A model generated the notes under the pieces. It searched no databases, was not told the origin of the DNA, and saw only the letters and a program-made list of their open reading frames with translations. 36,207 nucleotides of DNA from Parcubacteria group bacterium (lineage in GTDB: Bacteria; Patescibacteriota; Minisyncoccia; Minisyncoccales; JAQTPW01), in assembly GCA_043813215.1 (NCBI GenBank), contig JBDRLH010000003.1, forward strand, positions 1 through 36,207. Reading direction: 5' to 3'. This document shows, piece after piece, positions 1-9,081 of this stretch; positions within the stretch are counted from its first letter, which is position 1, and each line of letters begins with the position of its first letter. The translations under genes and the position numbers were made by a program.

Positions 1-10
1 GTCAAAAGAC

Positions 11-39
11 TTGACAAATTTATCATAATCTGTTAAAAT
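11..39 (+). promoter_or_regulatory. sigma70-like promoter: TTGACA (11-16), 17-nt spacer, TAAAAT (34-39), with TGT extended -10. A second TGTTAAAAT copy lies at 48-56.
   Basis: Consensus -35, ideal 17-nt spacer and a near-consensus -10 were read directly. No ORF follows. The downstream sequence is a structured RNA candidate. Confidence 0.5.
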
Positions 40-56
40 AGAGATTGTGTTAAAAT

Positions 57-195
57 GCTAGCTCCAAGGCTGGGGGTCCCGGAGTTTTTCTTAGCCGGAT
101 AGTCTGGGTCATTCTGGACTACTCCTCGGAAAAATTCTAAACTTAGTTCCATGAACTTTAGCTGCCCCTCAGCCTTGGGGTTAGTTTTTGTTTTT
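57..195 (+). ncRNA. candidate structured small RNA of unknown class: closing rod helix, two internal hairpins and a 3' U-tract
   Basis: Positions 57-76 pair with 165-185, giving 20 pairs including G-U and one bulged U169. Hairpin 100-107/114-121 is extended by 95-98/126-129. A second hairpin is 145-149/153-157. A U-run at 186-195 follows the closing helix directly. There is no SD and no ORF longer than 15 codons. A promoter lies just upstream. Confidence 0.4.
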
Positions 196-197
196 AC

Positions 198-1475
198 TCA
201 TTCTCCGGTTATTTTTTCCACTTCTTCTATCGTTGTAATTCCTTCTAAAACCTTAATTAAGCCATCTTGATGCATGGTGACCATGCCTTTTTTAATCGCT
301 TCTTCTTTTAGAGAGGCGATTGAAGGTGCTCTTGAGATGAATTTTTCCATTCCGTCGTCAATTAAAAATGCTTCAAAAATCCCCACTCGCCCGTGATATC
401 CCGTGGCGTTGCAGTTTTTGCACCCTCTAGCCCGGGGGATTTTTATTTTTATATCGAGTTTGGGCAGTTTTATATTTTTTGGAATTCCCTTTAAACCTTT
501 TTTGATTTTTTCTAAATCTTCATCTGATATCTGTTCGAGTTCGGCGCATTTTTTGCAGATTTTTCTAACCAGTCTTTGAGCAATAGCCATATTTATTGCT
601 GGCCCGATATTTGATATTTTTGCCCCTAGGGCTACCAGCCTGGCTATGGTTCCGGCGGCGTCATTTGTATGGAGGGTTGTTAATACAAAATGCCCAGTCA
701 AAGCCGCCTGCAGGGCGATATCGGCGGTTTCTAAATCCCTTATTTCGCCAACCAGTATTACGTCAGGATCCTGGCGCATGATTGATTTTAATCCGTCGGC
801 AAAATCGTATCCTTTTTCCTGGGCAACCTGAGTTTGGGAAATTCCTTCTAAGTGGTATTCAATCGGGTCTTCGATGGTGATTATTTTTACCTCGGGATTA
901 TAAATTTTTTTTAAAAAAGCATATAGCGTCGTAGTTTTACCGGAGCCGGTGGGACCCGCCACGACAGTCATGCCATTGGGTTTTTTAATCTCTTTCTCTA
1001 TTGTCCCAAACAGATCTTTTCTTAAACCCAGAGCCTCTATATTAATCAAATTTTTAGGATTTAAAATCCTCATGACTATTGATTCGCCGAATTCAGCGGG
1101 TATAATTGAGGATCTGATTTCAATAGGTATTCCTTTGTATAAAACAGAAAAGCGACCATCCTGAGGCCGGTCGCTAATGTTAAATTTTAACTCCGAAAGG
1201 AGTTTGATTCTCGAAAGAGTGCTCTCGTAAACTTTTTTATCCAAAAAGATAACGTTTTGCAATATTCCGTCTATCCTTGTCCTTAGCTTCGCCCGGTCTT
1301 TTTCTGGCTCCAAATGTATGTCCGAAGCTTCCAGGCAGATTGCCCCGCCAAAAATTATTTCCAAAACATCGGTTACGCTTTTTTGCAGAGAAGCTTCTAT
1401 TTTTTTCTTAAAATCATCGATGTTTTTTACTTCTTTTTCAATGTCCTCGGCTATTTTTTTTGAAATTTCGGGCAT
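198..1475 (-). CDS. pilB: type IV pilus / type II secretion assembly ATPase (GspE/PilB family)
   Basis: Walker A is GPTGSGKTTT. Asp box is EDPIEYHL. Walker B is ILVGEIRD. His box is GHFVLTTLHTNDA. The C-terminal CxxC...CxxC tetracysteine motif is CKKC...CKNC. The stop codon is TGA. Confidence 0.85.
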   Translation of the reverse strand: MPEISKKIAEDIEKEVKNIDDFKKKIEASLQKSVTDVLEIIFGGAICLEASDIHLEPEKDRAKLRTRIDGILQNVIFLDKKVYESTLSRIKLLSELKFNISDRPQDGRFSVLYKGIPIEIRSSIIPAEFGESIVMRILNPKNLINIEALGLRKDLFGTIEKEIKKPNGMTVVAGPTGSGKTTTLYAFLKKIYNPEVKIITIEDPIEYHLEGISQTQVAQEKGYDFADGLKSIMRQDPDVILVGEIRDLETADIALQAALTGHFVLTTLHTNDAAGTIARLVALGAKISNIGPAINMAIAQRLVRKICKKCAELEQISDEDLEKIKKGLKGIPKNIKLPKLDIKIKIPRARGCKNCNATGYHGRVGIFEAFLIDDGMEKFISRAPSIASLKEEAIKKGMVTMHQDGLIKVLEGITTIEEVEKITGE

Positions 1476-1551
1476 TTGAGCTAAAATAAATAATAATCCG
1501 ATTATTTGAATTTATCTTAATATTTTTGAAAAGTCAATCAAGCGGTCTAAG

Positions 1552-2043
1552 ATGGTAGATTATTTTTTAAGCAAGAGTCCGTCAGAGACAAAAAAAATTG
1601 GCAGGGAGTTAGCAAAAAAAATAAAAAAAGATGGGCCAGGAAGCAAGGCCCTTATTTTAGCTTTAAGCAGTGATTTGGGCGGCGGGAAGACTACTTTTTT
1701 GCAGGGTCTTGCCAGAGGATTGGGAATAGAAGAAAAAATTTTAAGCCCGACTTTTGTCATAATGAAAAGATTTAAAATTCCATGCTCTCTCCGTTTATCG
1801 AGCGGACAAGCGGCAAACAGGAAAGATTCAAAATTTGAAAATTTTTATCATTTAGACTGTTATCGGTTAAAAGACGCTGAGGAACTTTTGGAGTTGGGCT
1901 TTTCGGAGATTTTATTTTGTCCCCGGAACATCGTGGCGATTGAGTGGTCTGAAAAAATTAAAAAAATTTTGCCCAAAAGCGCGGTTTGGATAGAGCTCAA
2001 ATTTATAAATGACAAAAAAAGAAAAATAACAATATCAAAATGA
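1552..2043 (+). CDS. tsaE: tRNA t6A37 biosynthesis ATPase TsaE (YjeE)
   Basis: P-loop is SDLGGGKTTFLQGLARGLG. SPTF and the HLDCYRL motif are present. There are about 16 extra residues (PCSLRLSSGQAANRKDSKFENF) between SPTF and HxDxYRL compared with E. coli TsaE. The stop overlaps the next start as ATGA. Confidence 0.75.
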   Translation: MVDYFLSKSPSETKKIGRELAKKIKKDGPGSKALILALSSDLGGGKTTFLQGLARGLGIEEKILSPTFVIMKRFKIPCSLRLSSGQAANRKDSKFENFYHLDCYRLKDAEELLELGFSEILFCPRNIVAIEWSEKIKKILPKSAVWIELKFINDKKRKITISK

Positions 2044-2990
2044 TTAATCAAGATAATAAAAAAAAACTTATAATTTTTGATAGCAACGCGGTTATCCACC
2101 GCGCCTATCACGCCTTACCTCCCCTGACGACAAAAGACGGTAAACTAGTGGGCGCAGTTTACGGGTTTTTATTAGTTTTTTTAAGAGTAATAAAAGAATT
2201 TGACCCCGATTTTATGGTCGCGACGTTTGATACCAAGAAGCCCACTTTTCGGCAAGAAGCATTTAAGGAATATAAGGCGAAAAGACCGCCGACACCGGAT
2301 GGCATTATCCAGCAGATACCGACAATCAGGGAGATTTTAACAAAATTTAACGTGCCGATTTTTGAGAAAGACGGTTTTGAGGCAGACGACATTATAAGCA
2401 CCATCGCCCTTTTAGTGGAAGAAGAAAATTACTCCGACATTGAAGTAATAATTTTAACCGGCGACTCCGATATGCTGCAATTGATTAGCGATCAAACGAA
2501 AGTCTATCTTTTAAGAAGAGGGGTAAAGGACATTATTTTATATGATAAAAAGTTATTTCAGGAAAAATTTTTAGGATTGGTACCTGAACAAATTTTAGAT
2601 TTGAAATCTTTAAAAGGGGACGCCTCAGATAATGTGCCGGGGGTACAGGGCATAGGGGAGAAAACAGCGACTGATCTCATTTTGGAATTCGGCAGTTTGG
2701 AAAATTTATTTAAAACACTTGACAGATCGCCGGAGACGGAAGAAATCAAAGAGAGGGTCAGGGAAAACCTTATAAAATGCCGGCAACAGGCATTTTTTGC
2801 CAAAAAAATCATTGCGCTGGAAAAACATGCGCCGATCGATTTTTCTTTAGAGAAATGCCGCTGGAAACAATATAGCAAAGAAGCTGTCAGGGAAATTTTA
2901 GAGAGGCTTGAGTTCCATAGTTTGATAAAAAAATTTTTTGCCGAAGAAAAGACGGAAGAAAAAGTTGGGCGCAACTTGAATTTGTGGTAA
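2040..2990 (+). CDS. stand-alone 5'-3' exonuclease / flap endonuclease (Pol I N-terminal-domain-like, with H3TH)
   Basis: The start LIIFDSNAVIHRAYHA is typical of the family. Other motifs are FEADDIISTIA, LTGDSDMLQL and the H3TH segment LKGDASDNVPGVQGIGEKTA. No polymerase domain follows. Confidence 0.85.
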   Translation: MINQDNKKKLIIFDSNAVIHRAYHALPPLTTKDGKLVGAVYGFLLVFLRVIKEFDPDFMVATFDTKKPTFRQEAFKEYKAKRPPTPDGIIQQIPTIREILTKFNVPIFEKDGFEADDIISTIALLVEEENYSDIEVIILTGDSDMLQLISDQTKVYLLRRGVKDIILYDKKLFQEKFLGLVPEQILDLKSLKGDASDNVPGVQGIGEKTATDLILEFGSLENLFKTLDRSPETEEIKERVRENLIKCRQQAFFAKKIIALEKHAPIDFSLEKCRWKQYSKEAVREILERLEFHSLIKKFFAEEKTEEKVGRNLNLW

Positions 2991-3044
2991 AATAAGGCAA
3001 CAAGGATTGACTAATTATTGTCAACGTCAACGGTTGGGAAACTT

Positions 3045-3521
3045 ATGGCCAGGAAAATAACTGTTTTTATTATTATTCTAATTCTCGTTGGGTTAGGGAT
3101 TTCGAATTGGCTTTATTATTTAAGCGGGAACATGGGTCGGATCCCAATTGTAATCGAAACCGGTCTGTTTATTGTTTTGTCTCTCGGTATTCTGATATTG
3201 GAAAAAACGAACAGGGAACTCAAAAAAAGAATAGAGATGAAAACTGGAGTATTAGAAGACGCAAAAAATATTTTAGAGGTTAAGGTTCAAGCCAGAACTC
3301 GTGAATTAAAGGAACTTGCCGATAGCCTCGAAGTGCAGGTGTCCGAAAGAACAAAACAACTGGAAGAAAAAGTAAAAGAATTAGAAAGGTTTAATAAGTT
3401 AACCATAGGCAGAGAATTAAGAATGATTGAATTAAAAAAAGAAATAGAAAGGTGCAATAAATCATCCGTAGGCGGGGGAGTGGAAAATAGTCGAATTAAA
3501 AAAACAAAAGATAAAAAATAG
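3045..3521 (+). CDS. membrane-anchored coiled-coil protein (2 predicted TM helices plus a signalling-helix-like coiled coil)
   Basis: The N-terminus is hydrophobic (ITVFIIILILVGLGISNWLYYL and IVIETGLFIVLSLGILIL). It is followed by heptad-rich ARTRELKEL...SERTKQLEEKVKELERFNKLTIGRELRMIELKKEIE. The ATG at 3045 is preferred over the TTG at 3018 from the ORF track. Confidence 0.5.
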   Translation: MARKITVFIIILILVGLGISNWLYYLSGNMGRIPIVIETGLFIVLSLGILILEKTNRELKKRIEMKTGVLEDAKNILEVKVQARTRELKELADSLEVQVSERTKQLEEKVKELERFNKLTIGRELRMIELKKEIERCNKSSVGGGVENSRIKKTKDKK

Positions 3522-3576
3522 AATATTAAAGGTCGAGTTTGAGTTATTTATTAATTATTATAATTTAATCAAACAT

Positions 3577-4917
3577 ATGAGCATGATTAAAGTTGGCATG
3601 GGCATTTCCGAAAAAGAGGATTTGCTCGAAGCCGTCAAAGAGGCAGCAAAACAAGCTCGAGAAAAAATTAAAACCGACAAGCCAAAATTATTATTGGTTT
3701 ATCACACTTTTAATTACGCTCCAAATCAAGGAGATGAGGCGCAGGCGGCAGCCAGGAGCTTTTTTTCGAAAGAGACGCCCGTTATTGGCGGACAGTTTTT
3801 AGGGATTTTTGTAGAAAATATTTGTAGAGATGCTTATGGCAGCGGAGGAAAACAGAGAGGCGTAGGAGTATTGGCTCTGGATTCGGAATATTTCAATATC
3901 GGATTGGGGTTGGGTTTGGAGGCAGATAAAAATCCGGAAAAGGCCGGAGCCGATTCCGTTAAAATGGCTCTGGATAACTTAAGTTATAATCCTTCGGTAG
4001 CTTATACGGCGATGATGAGCAGAGGCGTCAAAGACGTGGCCAGCATCAGGCCGCTTAATGGCATAATCATAACTCCCGGTCTTATCAATGATATCGGAGG
4101 AGGGCATCGTACATTTCTTGATAATAGAATCGCCGATGGAATTTCTTCGGTTGCCAAGAGGAGTATCAGAGTGCTGGGAGGGGGAGTATGCGGGGGCCTT
4201 CAACCCGTGAGCCCGGTAGAAACCATGGGAGACATGTATTTAAATGGCAAAACTTATAAAAAATCAGTTATTACCTGTTTGTTTGGCTCTGATTTGGATA
4301 TAGGGTATGGCGTTGGAACGGGTTTTTCAGGCACAGGAATCGGATTTTTTATCACCAAATCCAACGGTTTTACAGTGGAAGAATTAAACGGTCAGCCGGC
4401 TTTTTCTGTTTTAGCTGAAGAAATGAAAAAGTACGGCGTGGAATTGCAGGTCGGAGTTCCCCTCTATTATTCCATGGCTTTACAGGGTTATACTTTAGCT
4501 TTGCCGGAAATAGGGGCAGATTTTTACTGGCCAATTCCGCCGTTGATTTCGTCTGACGGGAAATCAGTAATTTTCGAATTTCCACTTAATTCGGGGACGC
4601 CCCTTTCTCTGGTCAAGATTTCTAAAGATTCTTGCTTAAAGGCGATTGAAGACTCAACTAAAATACTTCTTGAAGATGCCGGTACTTCTGATTTGGGTTT
4701 TGTATATCATGTTTCCTGCGGTCTGAGAGGAATAACCTTAGGTCCTGACTACAACAAAGAAGCTGAAAGAATTAAAAATATTGTCGGAGAAAAAGTCCCG
4801 GTTTTCGGCATAGCCAGCACCGGAGAGATGTCTTTTTATAAGACAGGCAGAATAATGGGAGCAGCTTATACTTTTGGCATTTGCGGCATCAGCAATAAAT
4901 TATTCAGCGAGAGGTAA
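3577..4917 (+). CDS. FIST-domain (N+C) putative sensory protein
   Basis: Length and layout are typical of FIST proteins. The N-terminus is GISEKEDLLEAVKEAAKQAREKI...PKLLLVYHTF and the C-terminal segment is PVFGIASTGEM. It sits directly upstream of a histidine kinase. Confidence 0.55.
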   Translation: MSMIKVGMGISEKEDLLEAVKEAAKQAREKIKTDKPKLLLVYHTFNYAPNQGDEAQAAARSFFSKETPVIGGQFLGIFVENICRDAYGSGGKQRGVGVLALDSEYFNIGLGLGLEADKNPEKAGADSVKMALDNLSYNPSVAYTAMMSRGVKDVASIRPLNGIIITPGLINDIGGGHRTFLDNRIADGISSVAKRSIRVLGGGVCGGLQPVSPVETMGDMYLNGKTYKKSVITCLFGSDLDIGYGVGTGFSGTGIGFFITKSNGFTVEELNGQPAFSVLAEEMKKYGVELQVGVPLYYSMALQGYTLALPEIGADFYWPIPPLISSDGKSVIFEFPLNSGTPLSLVKISKDSCLKAIEDSTKILLEDAGTSDLGFVYHVSCGLRGITLGPDYNKEAERIKNIVGEKVPVFGIASTGEMSFYKTGRIMGAAYTFGICGISNKLFSER

Positions 4918-4932
4918 GATTTCAAGTATAAA

Positions 4933-6519
4933 ATGGTGGCTGTTGCTATTTACGACGAAAAAGAAATCGTTGAAAAATTTCTCGACCCCTTGGTGGTTTT
5001 CGATATGCAGGGGCAAATTTTATCAGTCAATAAGGCTTTATTGAATTTTTTCGGATATTATTTTAAAGATTTGGCCGGAACAGCTGTTGCAAGATTGCTA
5101 ACCGAAAGAGACAGGGAAAAATTCGCCGGAATAATGGAGAGAATAATCAGCGGAAAAGAAATAAAAGATTTTGATGTGTCGGTTATCACCAAGGACGGAA
5201 GAGAAATTCCAATATCGTTTCAGGGATTCCCCCTTCACAATAAAAAAGAAGAAATAGTGGGCGGATTCGGTGTTTTTATTGATATACGGCAAATTAGAGG
5301 ATTAATAGAAAGCTTAAACAGGGCAAAATCAGACTTGGAAGACAGGGTCGAAGAAAGAACCGCGGAATTACAGCAAAAGACTAATGATTTGGAAGGCGCG
5401 CGAAGGGCTTTGATGAATATTTTGGAAGAAGTAGAGGAGGCTCGCAGAGATGCGGAAGAAGAGAAGAATAAAACCTTGGCTATAATTGCTAATTTTTCGG
5501 ACGGCCTTTTGGTTTTTGATAAAGAAAACAAACTTTCTTTGATAAATTATCAGGCGGAAAAAATTTTTGGGGCAAAAGCCGAAGAAATTTTAGGCAAACA
5601 TTTTCTTGACCTTTCCCGGACGCCTCACTTGTTTTCTTTAATAAGTCTTTTTTCGGGCGAGATAAAAGAATTATCTAGGATAGAATTGATAATAAAGGAA
5701 AATTTAATAGTTGAAATAAGCATGGCCGAGATAAAAAAAGATCAGGAAAAAATCGGCTTTTTTATCATCGCCCACGACGTTACCAGAGAAAAAGAGATTG
5801 AAAAAATAAAAAGTGAGTTTGTTTCTATATCTGCCCATCAACTAAGAACGCCGCTCTCGGCTATTAAATGGACTCTTAGGACGATTTTAGATGGGGACGC
5901 TGGGCAATTAAATCCCGATCAGATTGATTTGCTCCAAAAAACATATATAAGCAACGAGAGAATGATTGCTTTGGTCAATGATCTTCTGGACGTAACTAGA
6001 ATCGAGGAGGGTAAACGTCTTTTTAAGCCAGGGTTGGCGGACATAGCGCCGATTTTACAATTTGCAATAAATTCTTTTAAGGGAGAATCCGAAAAAAGAC
6101 AAATTTCTGTCGAATTTAAAAGCTCGCTTAGCAAGATGCCGAAAATCATGCTTGATGTCGAAAAAATAAAATTAGCTTTTCAAAATATTATAGGTAACGC
6201 CATAAGGTATACTCCCACTGGCGGAAAAGTGACAATTACCTTAGGGTATGGTAAAAAAGAAGTAGAGATATCGATAAAAGATACTGGCATAGGAATTCCC
6301 CAGATATCACAGCAAAAAATTTTTTCCAAATTTTTTAGGAGTCAGAATGCGGTAAGAATGGAAACGGAGGGTTCGGGCCTGGGGCTTTTTATAGCAAAAA
6401 ATATCATAGAGGCTCATGGCGGAAGAATCTGGTTTGAGTCGGAAGAAGGTAAGGGTACCACTTTTTATGTGGCTATTCCCGTCAAAGAGGAATTTGAAGA
6501 ATTTTTAAAAAAATTCTAA
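4933..6519 (+). CDS. cytoplasmic PAS-domain sensor histidine kinase (PAS, coiled coil, PAS-like, HisKA, HATPase_c)
   Basis: H-box is SISAHQLRTPLSAIKW. N-box is QNIIGNAIRYTP. G1 is IKDTGIGI and G2 is GSGLGLFIAKNIIEAHGGRIWFESEEGKGTTF. No TM segment is visible. Confidence 0.9.
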   Translation: MVAVAIYDEKEIVEKFLDPLVVFDMQGQILSVNKALLNFFGYYFKDLAGTAVARLLTERDREKFAGIMERIISGKEIKDFDVSVITKDGREIPISFQGFPLHNKKEEIVGGFGVFIDIRQIRGLIESLNRAKSDLEDRVEERTAELQQKTNDLEGARRALMNILEEVEEARRDAEEEKNKTLAIIANFSDGLLVFDKENKLSLINYQAEKIFGAKAEEILGKHFLDLSRTPHLFSLISLFSGEIKELSRIELIIKENLIVEISMAEIKKDQEKIGFFIIAHDVTREKEIEKIKSEFVSISAHQLRTPLSAIKWTLRTILDGDAGQLNPDQIDLLQKTYISNERMIALVNDLLDVTRIEEGKRLFKPGLADIAPILQFAINSFKGESEKRQISVEFKSSLSKMPKIMLDVEKIKLAFQNIIGNAIRYTPTGGKVTITLGYGKKEVEISIKDTGIGIPQISQQKIFSKFFRSQNAVRMETEGSGLGLFIAKNIIEAHGGRIWFESEEGKGTTFYVAIPVKEEFEEFLKKF

Positions 6520-6591
6520 AATACAATTATACTTTCTAGAATTTTTAACAAAAATTTTTCAAATAATTTATACTCTTAATGAATCAAAATT

Positions 6592-6963
6592 ATGGCAAAA
6601 AAAATATTATTGATAGAAGATGAGGAGCTTTTAATAAATTTATTACAGAAGAAATTGACGGAGTCGGGGTTCTCGGTTTTTTTAGCTAGAAACGGAGAAG
6701 AAGGACTAAAACTAATGCGCGAGAATATGCCAGATATTGTTTTATTAGACATCGTAATGCCGAAGATGGGGGGCTTTGAGGTTTTAGAGAAAATGGCAAA
6801 AGAAGATTCTTTAAAGAAAATTCCGGTGATTATCATTTCCAATTCCGGCCAGCCGGTGGAGATAGACAGGGCCAAGAGGCTTGGCGTTAAGGACTGGCTT
6901 ATTAAAACCGAGTTTGACCCTGAAGAAGTATTGGAAAAAGTTATAGCTCAAATAGGAAAATAA
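6592..6963 (+). CDS. single-domain response regulator (receiver only, CheY-like)
   Basis: The acidic pocket is IEDEE. The phospho-acceptor is in VLLDIVMP. IIISNSG and LIKT (conserved Lys) are present. There is no output domain. Confidence 0.9.
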   Translation: MAKKILLIEDEELLINLLQKKLTESGFSVFLARNGEEGLKLMRENMPDIVLLDIVMPKMGGFEVLEKMAKEDSLKKIPVIIISNSGQPVEIDRAKRLGVKDWLIKTEFDPEEVLEKVIAQIGK

Positions 6964-7024
6964 GTTTTGAAAGGTTAAAATTATACCCCTAGGAGACACT
7001 TTCTAACCTGGAGGGTTAAAAATT

Positions 7025-7393
7025 ATGGAAAAAATCATTCTTATAGTTGAAGATGACAAATTTCTGAGAGAGCTGATGGCTCAAAAATTAATCAGGGAGG
7101 GTTTTAATATTTCCGAGGCGGTTGACGGAGAAGAAGGATTAAAAAAAATAAAAGAAGAAAAACCCAGGTTAGTTTTGCTTGATTTGATTTTACCGGGCAT
7201 AGACGGGTTTGAGGTTTTGTCCAAAATAAAGGAAGACCCGGAGATCAGCCAGACTCCAGTGATTATTTTGTCTAATTTGGGCCAGAGAGAGGATGTGGAG
7301 AGAGGTTTAAAGCTTGGCGCAACAGACTACCTTATCAAGGCGCATTTTACTCCCGGAGAAATAATAGAAAAGATAAAGAATATCATAAAATAA
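7025..7393 (+). CDS. single-domain response regulator (receiver only), a paralogue of the preceding gene
   Basis: Motifs are VEDD, VLLDLILP, IILSNLG and LIKA. Identity to the upstream receiver is roughly 40-45% by eye. Confidence 0.9.
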   Translation: MEKIILIVEDDKFLRELMAQKLIREGFNISEAVDGEEGLKKIKEEKPRLVLLDLILPGIDGFEVLSKIKEDPEISQTPVIILSNLGQREDVERGLKLGATDYLIKAHFTPGEIIEKIKNIIK

Positions 7394-7394
7394 A

Positions 7395-8126
7395 ATGCCG
7401 GAACTCCCGGAAATAGAAACAATCCGCCGCCAGTTGTCAGAAAAAATTGTTGGTAAAAAACTAGAAGGTAAAAAAATAACGGGAGTAAGGAGAAGAGCCA
7501 AGATTTTAATGATTGATTTTGCTGGCGGCCGAAGTTTGGCTTTCCATTTAAAACTTACCGGCCAATTAATTTTTAACGGACAACCTTCGCGCCATACGCG
7601 CAAGGTTTTTAATTTTGATGACAGGTCCCGGCTGGTTTTTAATGATATGCGTAAATTTGGTTGGTGGAAAGAATTAAAAGAAACCAAAACCATGGAAAAT
7701 AAGTTCGGCCCCGAAGCCTTAGATGTAAAATCGGATACTTTTTCTGAACTTTTGCACCGCCGGCCTAATGCCAAAATCAAGCCGCTTTTAATGGACCAAA
7801 AATTCATCGCCGGCATAGGCAATATTTATTCAGACGAAATTTTATTTGTTGCAAAAGTTCATCCTATGCGCCGCGCAAAAACGCTGTCCAGAAAAGAAAT
7901 CAAGAAAATTTTCCAAAATATCAAAAAAATTCTTAAAAAAGCTATTAAGTATCACGGCTCGTCAGTGGAAAACTATATCGACGCTTGCGGGAAAAAAGGA
8001 GGATTTGTTAAATATCATAAAGCTTATCAAAGGGAGAAAAAAGAGTGCGGTCGTTGCGGCGGGATTATAAAAAGAATAAAAATAGCCGGAAGATCGGCTT
8101 ATTTTTGCGGAAAGTGCCAAATTTAA
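7395..8126 (+). CDS. mutM: formamidopyrimidine-DNA glycosylase (Fpg/MutM)
   Basis: The N-terminal catalytic segment is MPELPEIE. The H2TH region is GIGNIYSDEILF. The C-terminal zinc finger is CGRCGG...FCGKCQ. Confidence 0.9.
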   Translation: MPELPEIETIRRQLSEKIVGKKLEGKKITGVRRRAKILMIDFAGGRSLAFHLKLTGQLIFNGQPSRHTRKVFNFDDRSRLVFNDMRKFGWWKELKETKTMENKFGPEALDVKSDTFSELLHRRPNAKIKPLLMDQKFIAGIGNIYSDEILFVAKVHPMRRAKTLSRKEIKKIFQNIKKILKKAIKYHGSSVENYIDACGKKGGFVKYHKAYQREKKECGRCGGIIKRIKIAGRSAYFCGKCQI

Positions 8127-8144
8127 TACGTATCGTGTGAATTC

Positions 8145-9080
8145 ATGTTAATTTTTCTTTACGGCCCAGACGCCTTCAGGTCCCAAAAAAAATTGAACGA
8201 AGTGATAGAAAGTTATAAAAAGGTCCATAAAAAAGGACTTGGTTTACGGTATTTTAACGGAGAAAATATTGATTTTAAAGATTTACTTGCCGAAATTCAA
8301 ACCAGCCCGATGTTTGAAGAAAAGAAAGCGTTGGTTTTGAAGAATGTTTTCTCAAATAAAAAATTCAAAGAAGATTTTTTAAAGCACGGGAAAATAATCA
8401 TCAAATCGGATGCCGTCGTCATTTTTTATGAGGCGGGAGAAATTGATAAAAGAGATCAGCTTTTGAAATTTCTAAAAGAGAATGTCGAAGCTCAAGAGTT
8501 TGAATTATTAGCTGGAGAGAAATTGGCGGGCTGGGTAGACAAAAAAATTAAAAATTACGGGGCGGCAATTGAATCGGGTGCCTTAAGAAAGCTTATGATT
8601 TATGTCGGTGATGACCTTTGGCAGATGGAAAACGAAGTTATAAAATTGGTCAATTATGAAAAAAATAAAAAAATTAGAGAAGGAGATATTGATCTTTTGG
8701 TCAAACCGAAGATTGAAAATGACATTTTTGAAACAATAAGCTCTTTAGCCGAAAAGAAGAAAGATAAGGCTTTGTTTTTACTCCACAAACACTTGGAAAA
8801 AGGAGACTCGCCTCTTTATCTGTTGTCAATGATAAATTTTCAATTTCGTAATTTGCTGGCCATCAGGGATTTGATTGATAAAAAAGTGCCTTATTACGAT
8901 ATGCCAAAAAGAAGCGGACTTCATCCTTTTGTCGTCAAAAAAACTTATCAGGCAGTGCAAAAATTTAGTCTTTTGCAGTTAAAAAAAATCTACCAGAAGA
9001 TTTTTCAGATAGATTTGGCTGTAAAAACGGGCAAGATCGGTCAAGAAACGGCTTTGGATCTTTTAATCGCCAGTCTTTAA
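8145..9080 (+). CDS. holA: DNA polymerase III delta subunit
   Basis: The start LIFLYGPDAF, the length and the helical C-terminal domain are typical of HolA. Conservation is weak, as is usual for this family. Confidence 0.65.
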   Translation: MLIFLYGPDAFRSQKKLNEVIESYKKVHKKGLGLRYFNGENIDFKDLLAEIQTSPMFEEKKALVLKNVFSNKKFKEDFLKHGKIIIKSDAVVIFYEAGEIDKRDQLLKFLKENVEAQEFELLAGEKLAGWVDKKIKNYGAAIESGALRKLMIYVGDDLWQMENEVIKLVNYEKNKKIREGDIDLLVKPKIENDIFETISSLAEKKKDKALFLLHKHLEKGDSPLYLLSMINFQFRNLLAIRDLIDKKVPYYDMPKRSGLHPFVVKKTYQAVQKFSLLQLKKIYQKIFQIDLAVKTGKIGQETALDLLIASL

Positions 9081-9081
9081 A

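Noticed and set aside
55-102. A 15-codon ORF (MLAPRLGVPEFFLAG) inside the candidate small RNA.
   Set aside because: It has no Shine-Dalgarno sequence. The start codon is buried in the closing helix. Strong RNA structure explains the sequence better than coding does.
2041-2043. Possible UGA recoding (genetic code 25, as in some CPR lineages).
   Set aside because: TGA terminates pilB, tsaE, murE-like and atpA at their expected C-termini. No conserved protein in the window needs an in-frame TGA to be read through.
6964-7024. A duplicated GGTTAAAA(A)TT and a weak AGGTTA/TAACCT inverted repeat between the two receiver genes, considered as a regulatory element.
   Set aside because: The stem is only 6 bp with a 25-nt loop. 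The duplication probably reflects the tandem gene duplication and its ribosome-binding context.
7307-7822. Long antisense ORFs opposite well-supported genes. Examples are 7307-7822 opposite mutM, 2558-2974 opposite the 5'-3' exonuclease, 32815-33183 opposite atpA, 29290-29637 opposite atpI and 10423-10755 opposite the radical SAM gene.
   Set aside because: Their products are low-complexity with no recognisable motifs. They lie fully inside genes that have strong family signatures on the other strand. Purine-rich sense strands in AT-rich genomes routinely leave stop-free shadow frames.
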